A stretch of 63,804 nucleotides of DNA, counting the filler, from Anaerolineae bacterium (GTDB taxonomy: Bacteria > Chloroflexota > Anaerolineae > Epilineales > Epilineaceae), in NCBI GenBank assembly GCA_029262755.1. It is 5 parts of 5 records of this genome, joined end to end, with 100 filler letters (N's around TTAATTAATTAA, not from the genome) between each part and the next. Parts side by side here need not be neighbours in the genome. Positions count along the whole stretch, not along the records: positions 43,439 to 56,922 come from JAJCYU010000143.1; positions 57,023 to 61,076 come from JAJCYU010000158.1; positions 61,177 to 63,804 come from JAJCYU010000175.1; 2 more parts are not named here. One strand, given 5' to 3'. A program made the translations under genes and the position numbers. Below the pieces are notes generated by a model. It saw nothing but the letters and a program-made list of their open reading frames with translations, was not told the origin of the DNA and made no database searches. Below, piece by piece: positions 52,385-62,930 of this stretch (position 1 is the first letter of the stretch; each line of letters starts with the position of its first letter).

Positions 52385-53584
52385 ATGGATGGATGGAGAG
52401 AGGACCGAAGCGCTCGCGAGGATCGCCGTCGCTTGCGCGGCGCGCTAGCGCTTGTGGCGGTGGCGATGGCGATGGTTGCGGGCCTGACGGCCGCGTTCGC
52501 GATGTCGCTGCGCGCTGCACCGGTTTCGGCCGATGCCGAGGTATGCCGCGGATGGCGGGACGCGCATCCGGAGTGGATCTTCTGCGACGACTTCGAGTCG
52601 GACGCGCCGCTACGCGCGCCCGATCGTTACTTCGAGTACGGCGATGCGGGTGGCAACTTCGTGCCGCAGGACGGCGCGGGGGTCGACGGATCGCGCGGGA
52701 TGCGCGCGCGCTTTCTGGCCGGGGCCGTGGGAGCGGGGGGCATGAAGCTCGCATTCGGGCGCAACCCGAACGGGTACATGAACAGCGCGCTGCGCCCGAC
52801 CGAGGATTTTCGCGAAGTGTGGTACCGAATGGACCTGCGCATGCAGGAGGGCTGGGTGGGCGACCCCGCCAAGCTATCGCGCGCCACCGTGTTCACCCAC
52901 CCCTCGGATTGGTCCCAAGCGATGATCGCCCATCTATGGGGCGACGGAAAGAACCATCTGCTTGTGGATCCCGTGCGCTGCGTCGACGGGAACGGGCGCG
53001 TGAAGTGCAAGGGCTACAACGATTTTTCGAATATGAGCTGGCTGGGCTACAAGCCGGGTGAGACGCCGATCTTTGACACGGATCGGGCAGGTTCCTGGCA
53101 CGCCGTGGAAACACATGTCCGGCTCAACGATCCGGGTCGCGCGAACGGGGTCCAAGAATTTTGGATCGACGGTCGGTTGGAGGCGCGGCGAGAGGGTCTC
53201 GATTTCGTCGGCACGTACACCGACTATGCGCTGAACGCGATCTTCTTCGAGAACTACTGGAACGACGGCTCACCGGTGGAGCAAGAGCGCTACTTCGACA
53301 ACATCGTGGTGTCGGCGGCGCCGATCGGGGCGTTGGGGGACGGGGCCGAACCGACAGTGACGGCGGCCGTGGAAGCAACTGTGGCGGCAAGCGCGACGGC
53401 GACCGGAATAGCGACCAGCGCGGCCGGCGCGACTGCGACCGCCGCCGCCACGGCGCGCGCGACCGCCCCGGCGACCGCGACGCGAAACGTGGTGCCGACG
53501 GCCTCGCCGACGTCGATCGCGCCGACGTCGAATCCGCCCGCACGATCGGTCCTCGCGCTCCCGCGGGTATTGCGAGGACGGTGA
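52385..53584 (+). CDS. Secreted polysaccharide-lyase-like (jelly-roll) protein with Ala/Thr linker
   Basis: Signal; WIFCDDFES, WHAVETHVRLNDPGRANGVQEFWIDG, YFDNIVVS; C-terminal LALPRVLRGR. Confidence 0.7.
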   Translation: MDGWREDRSAREDRRRLRGALALVAVAMAMVAGLTAAFAMSLRAAPVSADAEVCRGWRDAHPEWIFCDDFESDAPLRAPDRYFEYGDAGGNFVPQDGAGVDGSRGMRARFLAGAVGAGGMKLAFGRNPNGYMNSALRPTEDFREVWYRMDLRMQEGWVGDPAKLSRATVFTHPSDWSQAMIAHLWGDGKNHLLVDPVRCVDGNGRVKCKGYNDFSNMSWLGYKPGETPIFDTDRAGSWHAVETHVRLNDPGRANGVQEFWIDGRLEARREGLDFVGTYTDYALNAIFFENYWNDGSPVEQERYFDNIVVSAAPIGALGDGAEPTVTAAVEATVAASATATGIATSAAGATATAAATARATAPATATRNVVPTASPTSIAPTSNPPARSVLALPRVLRGR

Positions 53585-53603
53585 GGCGTATCGCCCGCAC
53601 GCC

Positions 53604-54383
53604 CTACGCGCGCATCAGGCCCCACATGGCCATCGTGGTGGCGGGGCCGACCGGCAGCCACAGAACGAACTGTGCGATATCCATCGCCGCTTCTACGCCC
53701 TCTCCGAGGAATGCGCCCACGATGGGACTCGCCATTCCGAGCATGCCGTTGAGGGCGCCGAAGATCAGGCTGATGAGGAACATCGTGAAAACATGGCCCT
53801 TGGTAATGGACCAACTGCGATCCAGGGCTGCGAAGGGGTTGTCTTCGCCCATGATCACCACGGGCCCCGCGAGGCTCAGCCGGATGGTCATGAACCAGAT
53901 TGGCGGCAACGTTAGGAGCAGGATCATGAGTGCGCCGAATCCGGGCATCAGGCGGAAGAGAAGGAAGAACGCCCCGATCACGATACCGCCCATCAGCATG
54001 TAGGTCATCAACAAGCCGAGCATGGGAACGATCCTGCCGTGTGCCGCCTCGACTTCCTCAAAGGTGTCCCCGACCGGCTGGCCGTTGACGTGCGTTTCAG
54101 CGTCGCCGAAGAGCACGGCGCCGGCGATGCGGTAGCTGGCGACGGAGGCGGCCGTGAAGGATACGACGATGCCGATGACCGCGATGAGCAGCGCGGGCAC
54201 CAGCAGCACGCTTTCAGCCGGCACCACGAGTCCGCCGAGCATCAAGACGGCGGTCACGGCGCCGCCGACGAGCAGGAAGGGCAGCAGCATGGGAACGTAG
54301 CGGCGACTCAAGATCGCCCAGGTCGTGTCCAAAATGGTGGATACGGAAACGGAACGGCTACGGGTAAGGGGCAGGGCGACCAT
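53604..54383 (-). CDS. Hypothetical multi-pass membrane protein
   Basis: About 6 TMs; IMGEDNPFAALDRSWSITKGH. Confidence 0.75.
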   Translation of the reverse strand: MVALPLTRSRSVSVSTILDTTWAILSRRYVPMLLPFLLVGGAVTAVLMLGGLVVPAESVLLVPALLIAVIGIVVSFTAASVASYRIAGAVLFGDAETHVNGQPVGDTFEEVEAAHGRIVPMLGLLMTYMLMGGIVIGAFFLLFRLMPGFGALMILLLTLPPIWFMTIRLSLAGPVVIMGEDNPFAALDRSWSITKGHVFTMFLISLIFGALNGMLGMASPIVGAFLGEGVEAAMDIAQFVLWLPVGPATTMAMWGLMRA

Positions 54384-54631
54384 GCAACGTCTCCTTCGAT
54401 GCGTGCGACGGTGTGAACATCGATGCGGCATGCTTCTCTACCCTATCGTACGAGAAAAGGCTGGTTCGTGTTGTGGCGTTTGTCACAGAACGAGCGGTTG
54501 TGGCGCCTCCAGGTCGGCGCAGAACCTTAAGCCGCTTCCTTGCCGCCGCGGCGCCCGCTGCCGTATCATCCGACGTGGCTGCGCCTCGCCCCGGCGTGTG
54601 CCCATAGACCCCGCACACTCTGGAGAGCCGG

Positions 54632-56347
54632 ATGACCAACGAGCCCACCCTCATCGCGCCCATCGACGTCTCACAGTGGGAGAGCCTGGCGCCGCGCTAT
54701 GCGGCGCTCGCAAGCGCAGATCTGAACGACGAAACGGCGGAAGACTGGCTCGGGGCGTGGTCCTCGTTGGCCGAGGAAGTCGCGGAGGGAGCATCGACGC
54801 TATCCATTCGGTATAGCCAAAACACAGCGGATCCCGAGCGGGAGGCGGCGTGGTTCGGCTATTTGCGCGCCGTGGCGCCGCATGTACGGGAGGCCGAGCA
54901 TCAGCTCAAGACCCGGTGGTCGCAGGCCGGGTGGCGGGGTGGGAACGGGCAGCTGGGCACCGTGCGCCGGCGCTTCGCCTCCGACGTCGAGTTGTTTCGG
55001 GACGAGAGCCAGACCCTGATCTCCACGGCACAGACGCGCTCCGCGCGCTACGGGCAGATCATTGGCGGATTGGAGATCGAGTTCGACGGCGAGGGCAAGA
55101 CGCTGCCGCAGATGATGCCGTACCTCTCGGAGACGGATCGCACCGTCCGTGAGGGGGCGTGGCGGGCGATGATGGAGGCGCGCGAGGACGTGCGTGGGGA
55201 GCTGAACGAACTCTTCGACGAGTTGCTAGGCCTCCGAGTAGAGATCGCGCGCAACGCCGGATTCGACAACTTTCGCGACTACCAATGGCGCGTCATGGGG
55301 CGTTTCGACTACAGCCCTGAAGACGCGTTCGCGTTTCACGATGCGATTCTCAAGGTCGTGGTGCCGGCGCTGGCACGGCAGCGGGAGCGCCGCGCGGCGG
55401 ACCTTGGATTGTCGACGATCATGCCCTGGGACACCCAGGTCGACCCGCTCGGTACGGAGCCGCTACGGCCATTCGAGAGCGGCGAGGAACTGACCGAGCG
55501 CAGCGCGGCCGTCTTCGATCAAGTAGACGCCCAATTGGGCGGCTATGTGCGGCGGATGCGCGACGAGGGCCTGCTCGACCTTGAGAATCGCAAGGGCAAG
55601 GCGCCCGGTGGCTACTGTGCGACGCTGGCACAACGGCGCCTGCCGTTCATCTTCATGAACGCGGTCGGCAGCGAGCAGAACGTGCGCACGATGCTGCACG
55701 AAGCCGGGCATGCCTTTCACGTCTTCGAGGCGCGCGCGCTGCCGTTCATGTGGCAACGCCGCAGCCCGATGGAGTTCGCCGAGGTCGCCTCGATGACCAT
55801 GGAGCTCCTCACGGCGCCCTACGTCGAGCGCGAGAGCGGCGGTTTCTTCGCCGGCGCGGACGCACTTCGGGCGCGGATCTCGCATCTGGAGCGGATCATC
55901 AGCTTCCTGCCGTACATGGCGGTTGTGGACGCGTTCCAGATGTGGGTCTACGCCAACCCGAAGCACAGCGTGGCCGAGCGGGACGCGGCGTGGCTTGCCT
56001 TGCACGAACGCTTCGTGGTCGGAGAGGACTGGACCGGTCTGGAGGACATTCGCTCGGGCATGTGGCAGCACAAGCTGCACATCTTCCAAGTTCCGTTTTA
56101 CTACATCGAGTATGGCATCGCCCAGCTCGGCGCCCTGCAGGTGTGGCGCAACAGCCTGGGCGATCCGGCCGCAGCGCTTGCGAGCTACCGGCATGCGCTT
56201 TCGCTCGGGGGAACGCGTACGCTGCCCGAGTTGTTCGAGGCGGCCGGCGCGAAGCTCGCCTTTGACGCAGAGACGATCGGCGAGTTGGTGAGCCTGATCG
56301 AGACGACGGTCGAAGGGTTGCGCGAGCAACTCGGCGAGGCTACCTAA
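54632..56347 (+). CDS. M3 family oligoendopeptidase (M3B)
   Basis: RKGKAPGGYC, LHEAGHAFH, EFAEVASMTME, PFYYIEYGIAQLGA. Confidence 0.93.
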   Translation: MTNEPTLIAPIDVSQWESLAPRYAALASADLNDETAEDWLGAWSSLAEEVAEGASTLSIRYSQNTADPEREAAWFGYLRAVAPHVREAEHQLKTRWSQAGWRGGNGQLGTVRRRFASDVELFRDESQTLISTAQTRSARYGQIIGGLEIEFDGEGKTLPQMMPYLSETDRTVREGAWRAMMEAREDVRGELNELFDELLGLRVEIARNAGFDNFRDYQWRVMGRFDYSPEDAFAFHDAILKVVVPALARQRERRAADLGLSTIMPWDTQVDPLGTEPLRPFESGEELTERSAAVFDQVDAQLGGYVRRMRDEGLLDLENRKGKAPGGYCATLAQRRLPFIFMNAVGSEQNVRTMLHEAGHAFHVFEARALPFMWQRRSPMEFAEVASMTMELLTAPYVERESGGFFAGADALRARISHLERIISFLPYMAVVDAFQMWVYANPKHSVAERDAAWLALHERFVVGEDWTGLEDIRSGMWQHKLHIFQVPFYYIEYGIAQLGALQVWRNSLGDPAAALASYRHALSLGGTRTLPELFEAAGAKLAFDAETIGELVSLIETTVEGLREQLGEAT

Positions 56348-56409
56348 TCATTGCTATCAACCGGTCGCCTGTGGCGACCCGCGCGCCGAAATGGCGCCAG
56401 GAGGGGAGC

Positions 56410-56922
56410 ATGAGCGCGTTACGACAAGTGTCGCTTGCGCTGGCTGTTGTGTTGCTGTTCGGCACGGCAGGGTGCAGCGGTTTCGGAGCGGACGGAAGCC
56501 CCAATGACGGCGAGACCGCGGCCGCTCGCGAGTCCGAGAGTGACGGGACCGGGGGCCATGCGGTGCCGCACGGCACGGAGGACGCCCACGATGGCACGGC
56601 GTCCGACGATCGTGACGACGCCGCGGAGGAAGGCGAAGACGACGACGCGGCGGATGCGGCCGACGACCGCGAGGCCGATGGCGGCGAAGACGACAACGAC
56701 GATGAAGGCGAGCCGGACGAGGACGCGAGCGCGGAGCTGGCCGCCGCCGGCTCGGCGAACGCCGCGCCGGGACCCGCGGACCCGCTGTCCGCCGCGGAAG
56801 CGGAGCGCGCGCTGCAGTTGGCGCTGGCTGGCCCCGAGGTCGGGGCGCTTGCCGCGGCGGCCGTGGACCGCGACGCGGTGCTCTACGGCAGCACGGACAC
56901 GGAGTTGGATGCGGCCAGCGAA
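56410..56922 (+). CDS. Putative lipoprotein with Asp/Glu-rich region (3' truncated)
   Basis: LAVVLLFGTAGC lipobox; acidic linker; DPLSAAEAERA. Confidence 0.65.
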
Positions 56923-57022
56923 NNNNNNNNNNNNNNNNNNNNNNNNNNNNNNNNNNNNNNNNNNNNTTAATTAATTAANNNNNNNNNNNNNNNNNNNNNN
57001 NNNNNNNNNNNNNNNNNNNNNN
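56923..57022. other. Artificial contig linker
   Basis: N44-TTAATTAATTAA-N44. Confidence 0.99.
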
Positions 57023-57023
57023 A

Positions 57024-58958
57024 TTCTTCGCAAGCGCGACCCCTCCCCCCACTGCGACGACCGCACCCACGGTCGGACCCGGCTCCCCCACGCTGACACC
57101 TGCGCCCACGTTCACGCCCCGTCCGACCCTCTCGCCTGTACCGACCCTCTCGCCGGTGCCGACGCCGAGCCCGACGGGCACGTCGACTCCGGCCCCGACG
57201 CCGCGCGGCAACGCCCCCTTCGTCGAAGCAGCGCCCGCGATCCGCTTCCCGGCCATCGCCGCGGCGGCGCCGGACGCCCCGTGTCGCGCAGAGGTGCGGA
57301 TCTACAACCCGGGCACGCGGCCCGCACTGGCGCTGATCGTCGCGCAGGAAGCTGGGGATGCCACGTGCTTGTCGCCTTGGGCATGCCCGGCGGCCTTCAC
57401 CGTCCAGTGCACTGGGCTCATCGCGCCGGCGGGGGTCTGGCGCTGGAGCCCGCCCTTCGGCGGCAACGGCGATCCAACCGGCGTCGGTCAAGACCCCGAT
57501 AGCCCGGTTGCCGCCACGATCTTCAGCGTCTCCCGCCAAGGCCTACGCGCGATCGGCATCGATGCGCCGGGCTCGATCGCGGCGGAGCTCTGCGCCTCGA
57601 CAGCCCACCTGCTCGCGTCGGACCGAGCCTGCGCCGCGTGGCCTGCCTTCGTGGCCGCCTGGCTGACGGGCGCGACCTTCCCCGCCGACGATCTCGTCAC
57701 GGACGACCCTGGCGCCGGCCTCTTCCGCGCGGTGCCGGTCCGCCCCGGCAGCCCGCTCGTGGCCGAGATCTATCGCACGTGCGATGACGCCGCCGGCGCA
57801 TACGTTGGCCGGCAGGGGACGGACGTGGGATGGCCGGTCGCGGCGTTGGGGTCCGGCGGTGGGGACGGGCAGGTGGTGAGCGAGCAGGGCCGGCATGGGG
57901 CGTACATCGCGCTGTTGCCGGAACATGGTCCGCGGGTCGAGGGTGGCGCGGCGGATGGCGCGGCGGAACTGGCGGTTAGTAGCGCGGCGGATATGGCGAC
58001 GGGTAGCGGAACGGGTGGAGCGACGGTTGGCGCCGCAGGCGTGCCCTTGGCATCGGTCGCGCAGACCGGAGCGACCGTCACCGTGCATCTGCAATCCGCC
58101 GGCACGGTCTGCGCCCCCGTGACCCTCGACGCGCTCGACGCCGAGGGCCGTGTCGTCGCCACGTGTGGGCGCTTCGATCTACCGCCGGCGGGCCTGTTGC
58201 GCGTCGACATCAGCGAGTGCGTCGCAGATCCGGCCGTTCTCGCGGTGCGCGCCGCGGCGGACGGTCCGCTGGCGGCCGTGCTCGACCTGCGCCGGACTTC
58301 GGCCGCGAACGGGATCGCCGCGGATGCCGGTGGCGGTGCTGTGGGCACGGTGCTGGCGACGGTGCCGTTCGCGCCCCGCATCCCGCGCGATCCGACGGCG
58401 AGACCGCTCGGGGGCTCGCCGGGTGTCGCGTTCGCACCGTTGTTGTACCGTGGCTACACGGGCTGGCAGTCTCGCCTTCGGATTCACAACACGGACGAAC
58501 AGCGGACGGCGCGCTACCGGATCACCGTGATGAGCGTTGGCGGGTACGAGATGGACAGGCACGAATCGGGGCCGGTCGCGCCCGGCGGTACGATCGTGGT
58601 GGATCTCGCGAACGTCGTGGACGAAGACATATGCGCGCCGATTCACGCGCGGGTCGAGTCGTGGGCGGTCGGCGGCGCCGCGCTCGCGTACGAGCGCGGT
58701 ACGCGCGCGCTGGACGCGGACGTCGGTCGCACGTTGGACGCGGACGTCGCTCGCGCGCTGGACGGGGACGTCGCTCGCGCGCTGGACGCGCTCGCCATCT
58801 GTCCCGAGGATCGCAGAGGCTGGACGCCGACGCCGGCTCCGGGGCGACAGCCGCCTCCGCGGGCAACCGCCACGCCGACCGCGACGCCCGGACGGGCGGA
58901 ACCGCCGGGCGGGTGGGTTGGGCGCGTGGCGTTGCCTATCGTTCAACGGGGGCGCTAA
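57024..58958 (+). CDS. Surface protein (5' truncated), divergent member of the Cys-rich family at 61177
   Basis: PT-rich start, CRAEVRIYNPG...VQCTGLIAP, GWQSRLRIHN, PT linker, C-terminal VALPIVQRGR. Confidence 0.75.
   Translation, partial: FFASATPPPTATTAPTVGPGSPTLTPAPTFTPRPTLSPVPTLSPVPTPSPTGTSTPAPTPRGNAPFVEAAPAIRFPAIAAAAPDAPCRAEVRIYNPGTRPALALIVAQEAGDATCLSPWACPAAFTVQCTGLIAPAGVWRWSPPFGGNGDPTGVGQDPDSPVAATIFSVSRQGLRAIGIDAPGSIAAELCASTAHLLASDRACAAWPAFVAAWLTGATFPADDLVTDDPGAGLFRAVPVRPGSPLVAEIYRTCDDAAGAYVGRQGTDVGWPVAALGSGGGDGQVVSEQGRHGAYIALLPEHGPRVEGGAADGAAELAVSSAADMATGSGTGGATVGAAGVPLASVAQTGATVTVHLQSAGTVCAPVTLDALDAEGRVVATCGRFDLPPAGLLRVDISECVADPAVLAVRAAADGPLAAVLDLRRTSAANGIAADAGGGAVGTVLATVPFAPRIPRDPTARPLGGSPGVAFAPLLYRGYTGWQSRLRIHNTDEQRTARYRITVMSVGGYEMDRHESGPVAPGGTIVVDLANVVDEDICAPIHARVESWAVGGAALAYERGTRALDADVGRTLDADVARALDGDVARALDALAICPEDRRGWTPTPAPGRQPPPRATATPTATPGRAEPPGGWVGRVALPIVQRGR
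58704..58790 (+). repeat. In-frame 24-bp tandem repeat (~3.5 copies)
   Basis: Encodes RALDADVG RTLDADVA RALDGDVA RALDA. Confidence 0.85.
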
Positions 58959-59103
58959 GGGGCGCGGCGAGCGATCCCGGACCGCCGAAGACACTGGTCA
59001 CGCCGGCGCATATCAGTACCCGTCGCGCCAAGACCACGGCGCCCAGATCGCGAATCGGCCGCGTGCGCTGTCCGCACTGTTCGCGTTGCCCGCGCCACCC
59101 GTC

Positions 59104-59873
59104 CTACAACCGCACCCGCGTCACCCACCCCTCCCGCGCTCCCCGCTTCTCCCGCAGCTTCCCCGTGACGAACTCGTCACCCTCGCTCGGCTCCGGAAAC
59201 AAGAACACCGCCGCCAACAGCGGCTGCCCCGGTGCTACGCCACAGCGGTCGAGCAGCGCGCGTTCGCGCAACATGCCGCCGCTCGACCAGTAGCTGGCCA
59301 GCCCGCGGGCCGTGGCTGCGAGGAGCAGGTTCTGCGTAGCTGCGCTCGCAGCGGCCAGGTGCTCGGCGTTGCGGTCGTCGATCACGAGCGCGCGCGAGGG
59401 CTCGGCGGCCGGCGGCGGTGGGTCGGGCAGCCACGTGACGAGCACGAGCGCGCCGGCCGCGGCCAGCATACGGGGGATCTTGCTCGTGCGCGCGGAGGTC
59501 CACGGCTCGACGTCTTCCTGCGCGTCGAGGAAGGCGAGCAGGCCGCGGCAGGCGGGGTCGTCCAGGACGTACATCCGCCACGGGACGATGGCGCCGAGAT
59601 CGCCGCGGCGGTGGACGGCGTGGGCCGCGTAGTGGAAGGGCGCCCAGCCGGCGGCGGTCACCGACTCGTCGACCTGCGCCATGAAGCCGGCGGGGATGAC
59701 GGCCGGATCGTGGGCGAGCGGAATACCTTGACGGTGCGCCGTGCCCGGATGACCGTGTCGACGGTGGCGGCCGTGCGCCCCGATGCGAGGTCGATCGGGG
59801 TGTCGATTGGGGTCGCGTCTTCGCGCATAGGAGCGCCCGGCATCGCGTCGTCCAGCAATGAATCGCCCGGCAT
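59104..59873 (-). pseudogene. Nitroreductase family gene split by a frameshift near 59720
   Basis: GGAGG-ATG frame gives TVDTVIRARRTVKVF then stops at 59658; other frame carries AAGWAPFH, EHLAAASAATQNLLLAATARG..YWSSGG. Confidence 0.75.
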
Positions 59874-60155
59874 CGTGTGCCTCCGCAGCGGTGTGGGGTG
59901 GGTGGGTCTCGGGATTGATCGGAGATGTGGTCGAGCGCCCAATCGCGACCAGCACGGCCGGATCATGCAGAATAGTCGTGCGCCCTGGCGAATCACGAGG
60001 CGCGACGGCTCGCCACAAAGACGGTATCCGTCACGATCGCAAGGAGCTCTCGACCGTAGAGAACACCGTGCATCCGCGAAAAACATCTAACCTCGCTGAA
60101 CACCCAAACCCACCGAACACTCGCCCTCACAGAACATCCAACCCCACCAAACAAC

Positions 60156-60184
60156 CGGGGCGGGTGCCTTGCGGCCCCGCCCCG
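60156..60184 (-). terminator. Terminator-like hairpin downstream of rplT
   Basis: CGGGGCGGG/CCCGCCCCG stem followed on the minus strand by GTTGTTT. Confidence 0.65.
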
Positions 60185-60247
60185 TTCCTATTCTTCTTCG
60201 TATTACAACCTAGGTCGTTGCCCTAGATCCTACACAACGTGCGCCGA

Positions 60248-60664
60248 TCAGGCCGCTTCGGCCTCTGCGCCGCCGTCGCCGCCGCTGCCGCCGTCGTTGG
60301 ACTTGTTCGCTTCGATCGCGTCCTTGACCACGTCCATGATGGCCGTGAAGGCCTTCGGGTCGCGGACGGCGATGTCGGCGAGCATGCGGCGGTCCAGCGT
60401 GATGCCGGCCAAGCCGAGGCCGTGGATCAGGCGGCTGTAGGAGAGGCCGTTGAGCCTCGACGCCGCGTTGATACGCTGGATCCACAGACGACGGAAGTCA
60501 CGCTTGCGCGTGCGCCGGTGGCGATAGGCGTGCTCGCGGGCCTTGGTGACGGCCTCTTTCGCACGGCGGAACAGGCGGCGACGGCCTTGCTGATAGCCGC
60601 GGGCTGCCTTGAGAATCTTGCGGTGGCGTTGGACGCGCACCTTTCCGGTCTTAACGCGGGCCAT
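60248..60664 (-). CDS. rplT: 50S ribosomal protein L20
   Basis: [34 protein letters not shown]. Confidence 0.98.
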   Translation of the reverse strand: MARVKTGKVRVQRHRKILKAARGYQQGRRRLFRRAKEAVTKAREHAYRHRRTRKRDFRRLWIQRINAASRLNGLSYSRLIHGLGLAGITLDRRMLADIAVRDPKAFTAIMDVVKDAIEANKSNDGGSGGDGGAEAEAA

Positions 60665-60676
60665 GTCTGGGGCTCC

Positions 60677-60886
60677 CTATTTCTTCCACAAGCCCGGCGC
60701 GAGGCGCTTGACGCGCTTCACACTAGCCTTGTGCGTGACGATCATGTACTCGTCGAACAGCCGACGTACGCGCTTGGACTTCTTGCGGCGCAAGTGGCTC
60801 TTGCCGATCTTGGTGCGCATGAGCTTGCCGCCGGCGGACACCTTGAAGCGGCGCGCGGTCGACTTGTGGGTTTTCATCTTGGGCAT
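60677..60886 (-). CDS. rpmI: 50S ribosomal protein L35
   Basis: MPKMKTHKSTARRFKVSAGGK. Confidence 0.97.
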   Translation of the reverse strand: MPKMKTHKSTARRFKVSAGGKLMRTKIGKSHLRRKKSKRVRRLFDEYMIVTHKASVKRVKRLAPGLWKK

Positions 60887-60938
60887 GGCGACACGTCCTT
60901 GACTCTTCAATCTAGCGATGCGCGGCGAACGGGAAAGG

Positions 60939-61076
60939 CTAGTCTTCCTTTTCCTCGTCGCTATCAGCGGAAGCTTTCTCACGGACCGCGGCCTTCTTGG
61001 CCGTGGCCTTCTTCTTGTCGGCCGCCTTTCTAGCGACCCGATCCGGAACCTCGTCATCCTCATCATCATCGAGGAT
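60939..61076 (-). CDS. Charged C-terminal fragment of upstream gene (by synteny possibly infC)
   Basis: ILDDDEDDEVPDRVARKAADKKKATAKKAAVREKASADSDEEKED*; identity from position only. Confidence 0.4.
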   Translation of the reverse strand: MLDDDEDDEVPDRVARKAADKKKATAKKAAVREKASADSDEEKED

Positions 61077-61176
61077 NNNNNNNNNNNNNNNNNNNNNNNN
61101 NNNNNNNNNNNNNNNNNNNNTTAATTAATTAANNNNNNNNNNNNNNNNNNNNNNNNNNNNNNNNNNNNNNNNNNNN
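61077..61176. other. Artificial contig linker
   Basis: N44-TTAATTAATTAA-N44. Confidence 0.99.
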
Positions 61177-62409
61177 GGGCTTCAACATACCCGTGCACTC
61201 GACCTTCAGCGGACCCGCGGCCTGCGGCGGGCAGAAGCCCGGCTCGCCCCACGTGATCAGCGCGGCCTTCGCGAAGTCGCAACCGAGGTTCTGGACCTCG
61301 ATCCACGTCTCGCACACGTCGTCCTGGCCCAAGAAGTTCAGGATGGGCAGGTGTACCTGGTTGCCCAACTGGATTTCCGGGAAGACACGCGGGTCGCAGG
61401 GAAGCTCGATCGGATCCTCGTCGACGAAGACGAAGAAGCCGTCACCATCGTCCACGACACCGTTAGCCGGCGGGTTGAGGGCGCCATCGGCCCACACCGT
61501 GCGCTCGACCACGAGCGCACCGACGTTGCCGACACCGGTCGGGAAGAAGACGACATGCTCGATGACGTCACACGCACCCGGCGCGATGTTCAAGTCCGCG
61601 GTGGCGCTGCCACCGAGGGGAGCGGCGCCGGGAATCTGACCCGGGCCGACACCGGACGTAACGGAACGCACCTGGACCGGCGCGCCGGTGGTCGAAGCGA
61701 TCGAAACGCTGTACTCGGGCTGGCCGGGAATGTCGGACAGCGGCTGCACGCCCGTGTTACACACGGTCGCGCTGATGATCGCCTCGCCCGTGATACAGGG
61801 CAGCTCGATCGGATCCTCGAATGCAACCGGGATCTCTTCGACGAACGGGGCGTTGTTGACGCAGGTCGGGACCTCGATCGTGAGATCGCCATCCACGTCC
61901 AGCGTGCCGGCCCACCACGGGCCGACGACGATGGTGTAGAAACCATCGTCCATGTCGTTGACCGTCAGGCTCGACTGCGGGTTACACCCGTCGTCGTCGA
62001 AGCCGACGTAGTTCTCGCACGTATCGAGGCTGTTGAAGCCCCCGGCCGGAGCCGGCGAAGACGTGCGATCCTGGTAGGCCTGCAGCACCGTGTCACCGGC
62101 AGCAGAACAGGTCTCTGCAATGACTGTGTGCGGGCCCGCGACCGCCGAAACGATCTCGAGCTCGAAGTCCTCGTAGCGCTCAAACCACAACGTGCCGGTG
62201 CAGGCCGCGTTGTGGGTGAAGTTCGCTGTGGTGGGGTTCACGCTCGTATCGAACGGGAACGTCTCGACGTCACCGGGGCCACAGGCGACGCCGTCGCCCT
62301 GTGCACCGATGAACTGGGCGGAAGCGGTGTTGGCGTTCATCGCGAACAGGCCGAAAACGACCAGCGCGGTGATCGCCAAAACCGGCAACCGCAAGAACCG
62401 ATGAGTCAT
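61177..62409 (-). CDS. Large secreted Cys-rich surface protein (3' truncated)
   Basis: GAGGGAGGA RBS, signal ending ASA-Q, PPC-like domain, HLPILNFLGQDDVCETWIEVQN...GPLKVECTG. Confidence 0.85.
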
Positions 62410-62845
62410 GTGTGATCCTCCCTCGATCAGGAAGTGCATAGGGGGCAATTCCCCAAAAAAAGATGTTGCGGCGTGTACGCCTCGATGCTTCGAAATATCT
62501 GTCGGGGCATACATGACCGGACGCGGCACTCACCGCACTGACCTCGAGCTTCTATAACGCAGGCCGTGACGTGGAAGATACGGGCGCGTGAGAGATTCGT
62601 GGGAAATTGCTCAGAATGGTCTGAGGTGGCCCTCTATTGATTGCTACGTCGCCGGTTCTTGCGCGCATGGCACGATTGCGGAATAGGGCGAGTTCTGCAA
62701 CAGATTGCCATGCTGGAGGGTTCGGGTACCGCTCGGTGCGCCGCGGCGCCCTGCCGCTACTCAACGACGGTTCCGAGGCCGGCGCGTCGCATCAGCACGT
62801 GAGGACAGCGCGCTCGCACCACGTGGCCGAACGGATTCCGCAACG

Positions 62846-62882
62846 CGAACCGCCCCCCTGCGCAAGGCAGGAGGGCGGTTCG
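62846..62882. terminator. Strong hairpin downstream of the 62931 gene
   Basis: CGAACCGCCCCCCTGC-GCAA-GGCAGGAGGGCGGTTCG. Confidence 0.7.
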
Positions 62883-62930
62883 GGTTTGCAGATCGTAGCC
62901 CGCCAGGCGGATTAGATCGAAGCTACCTGC

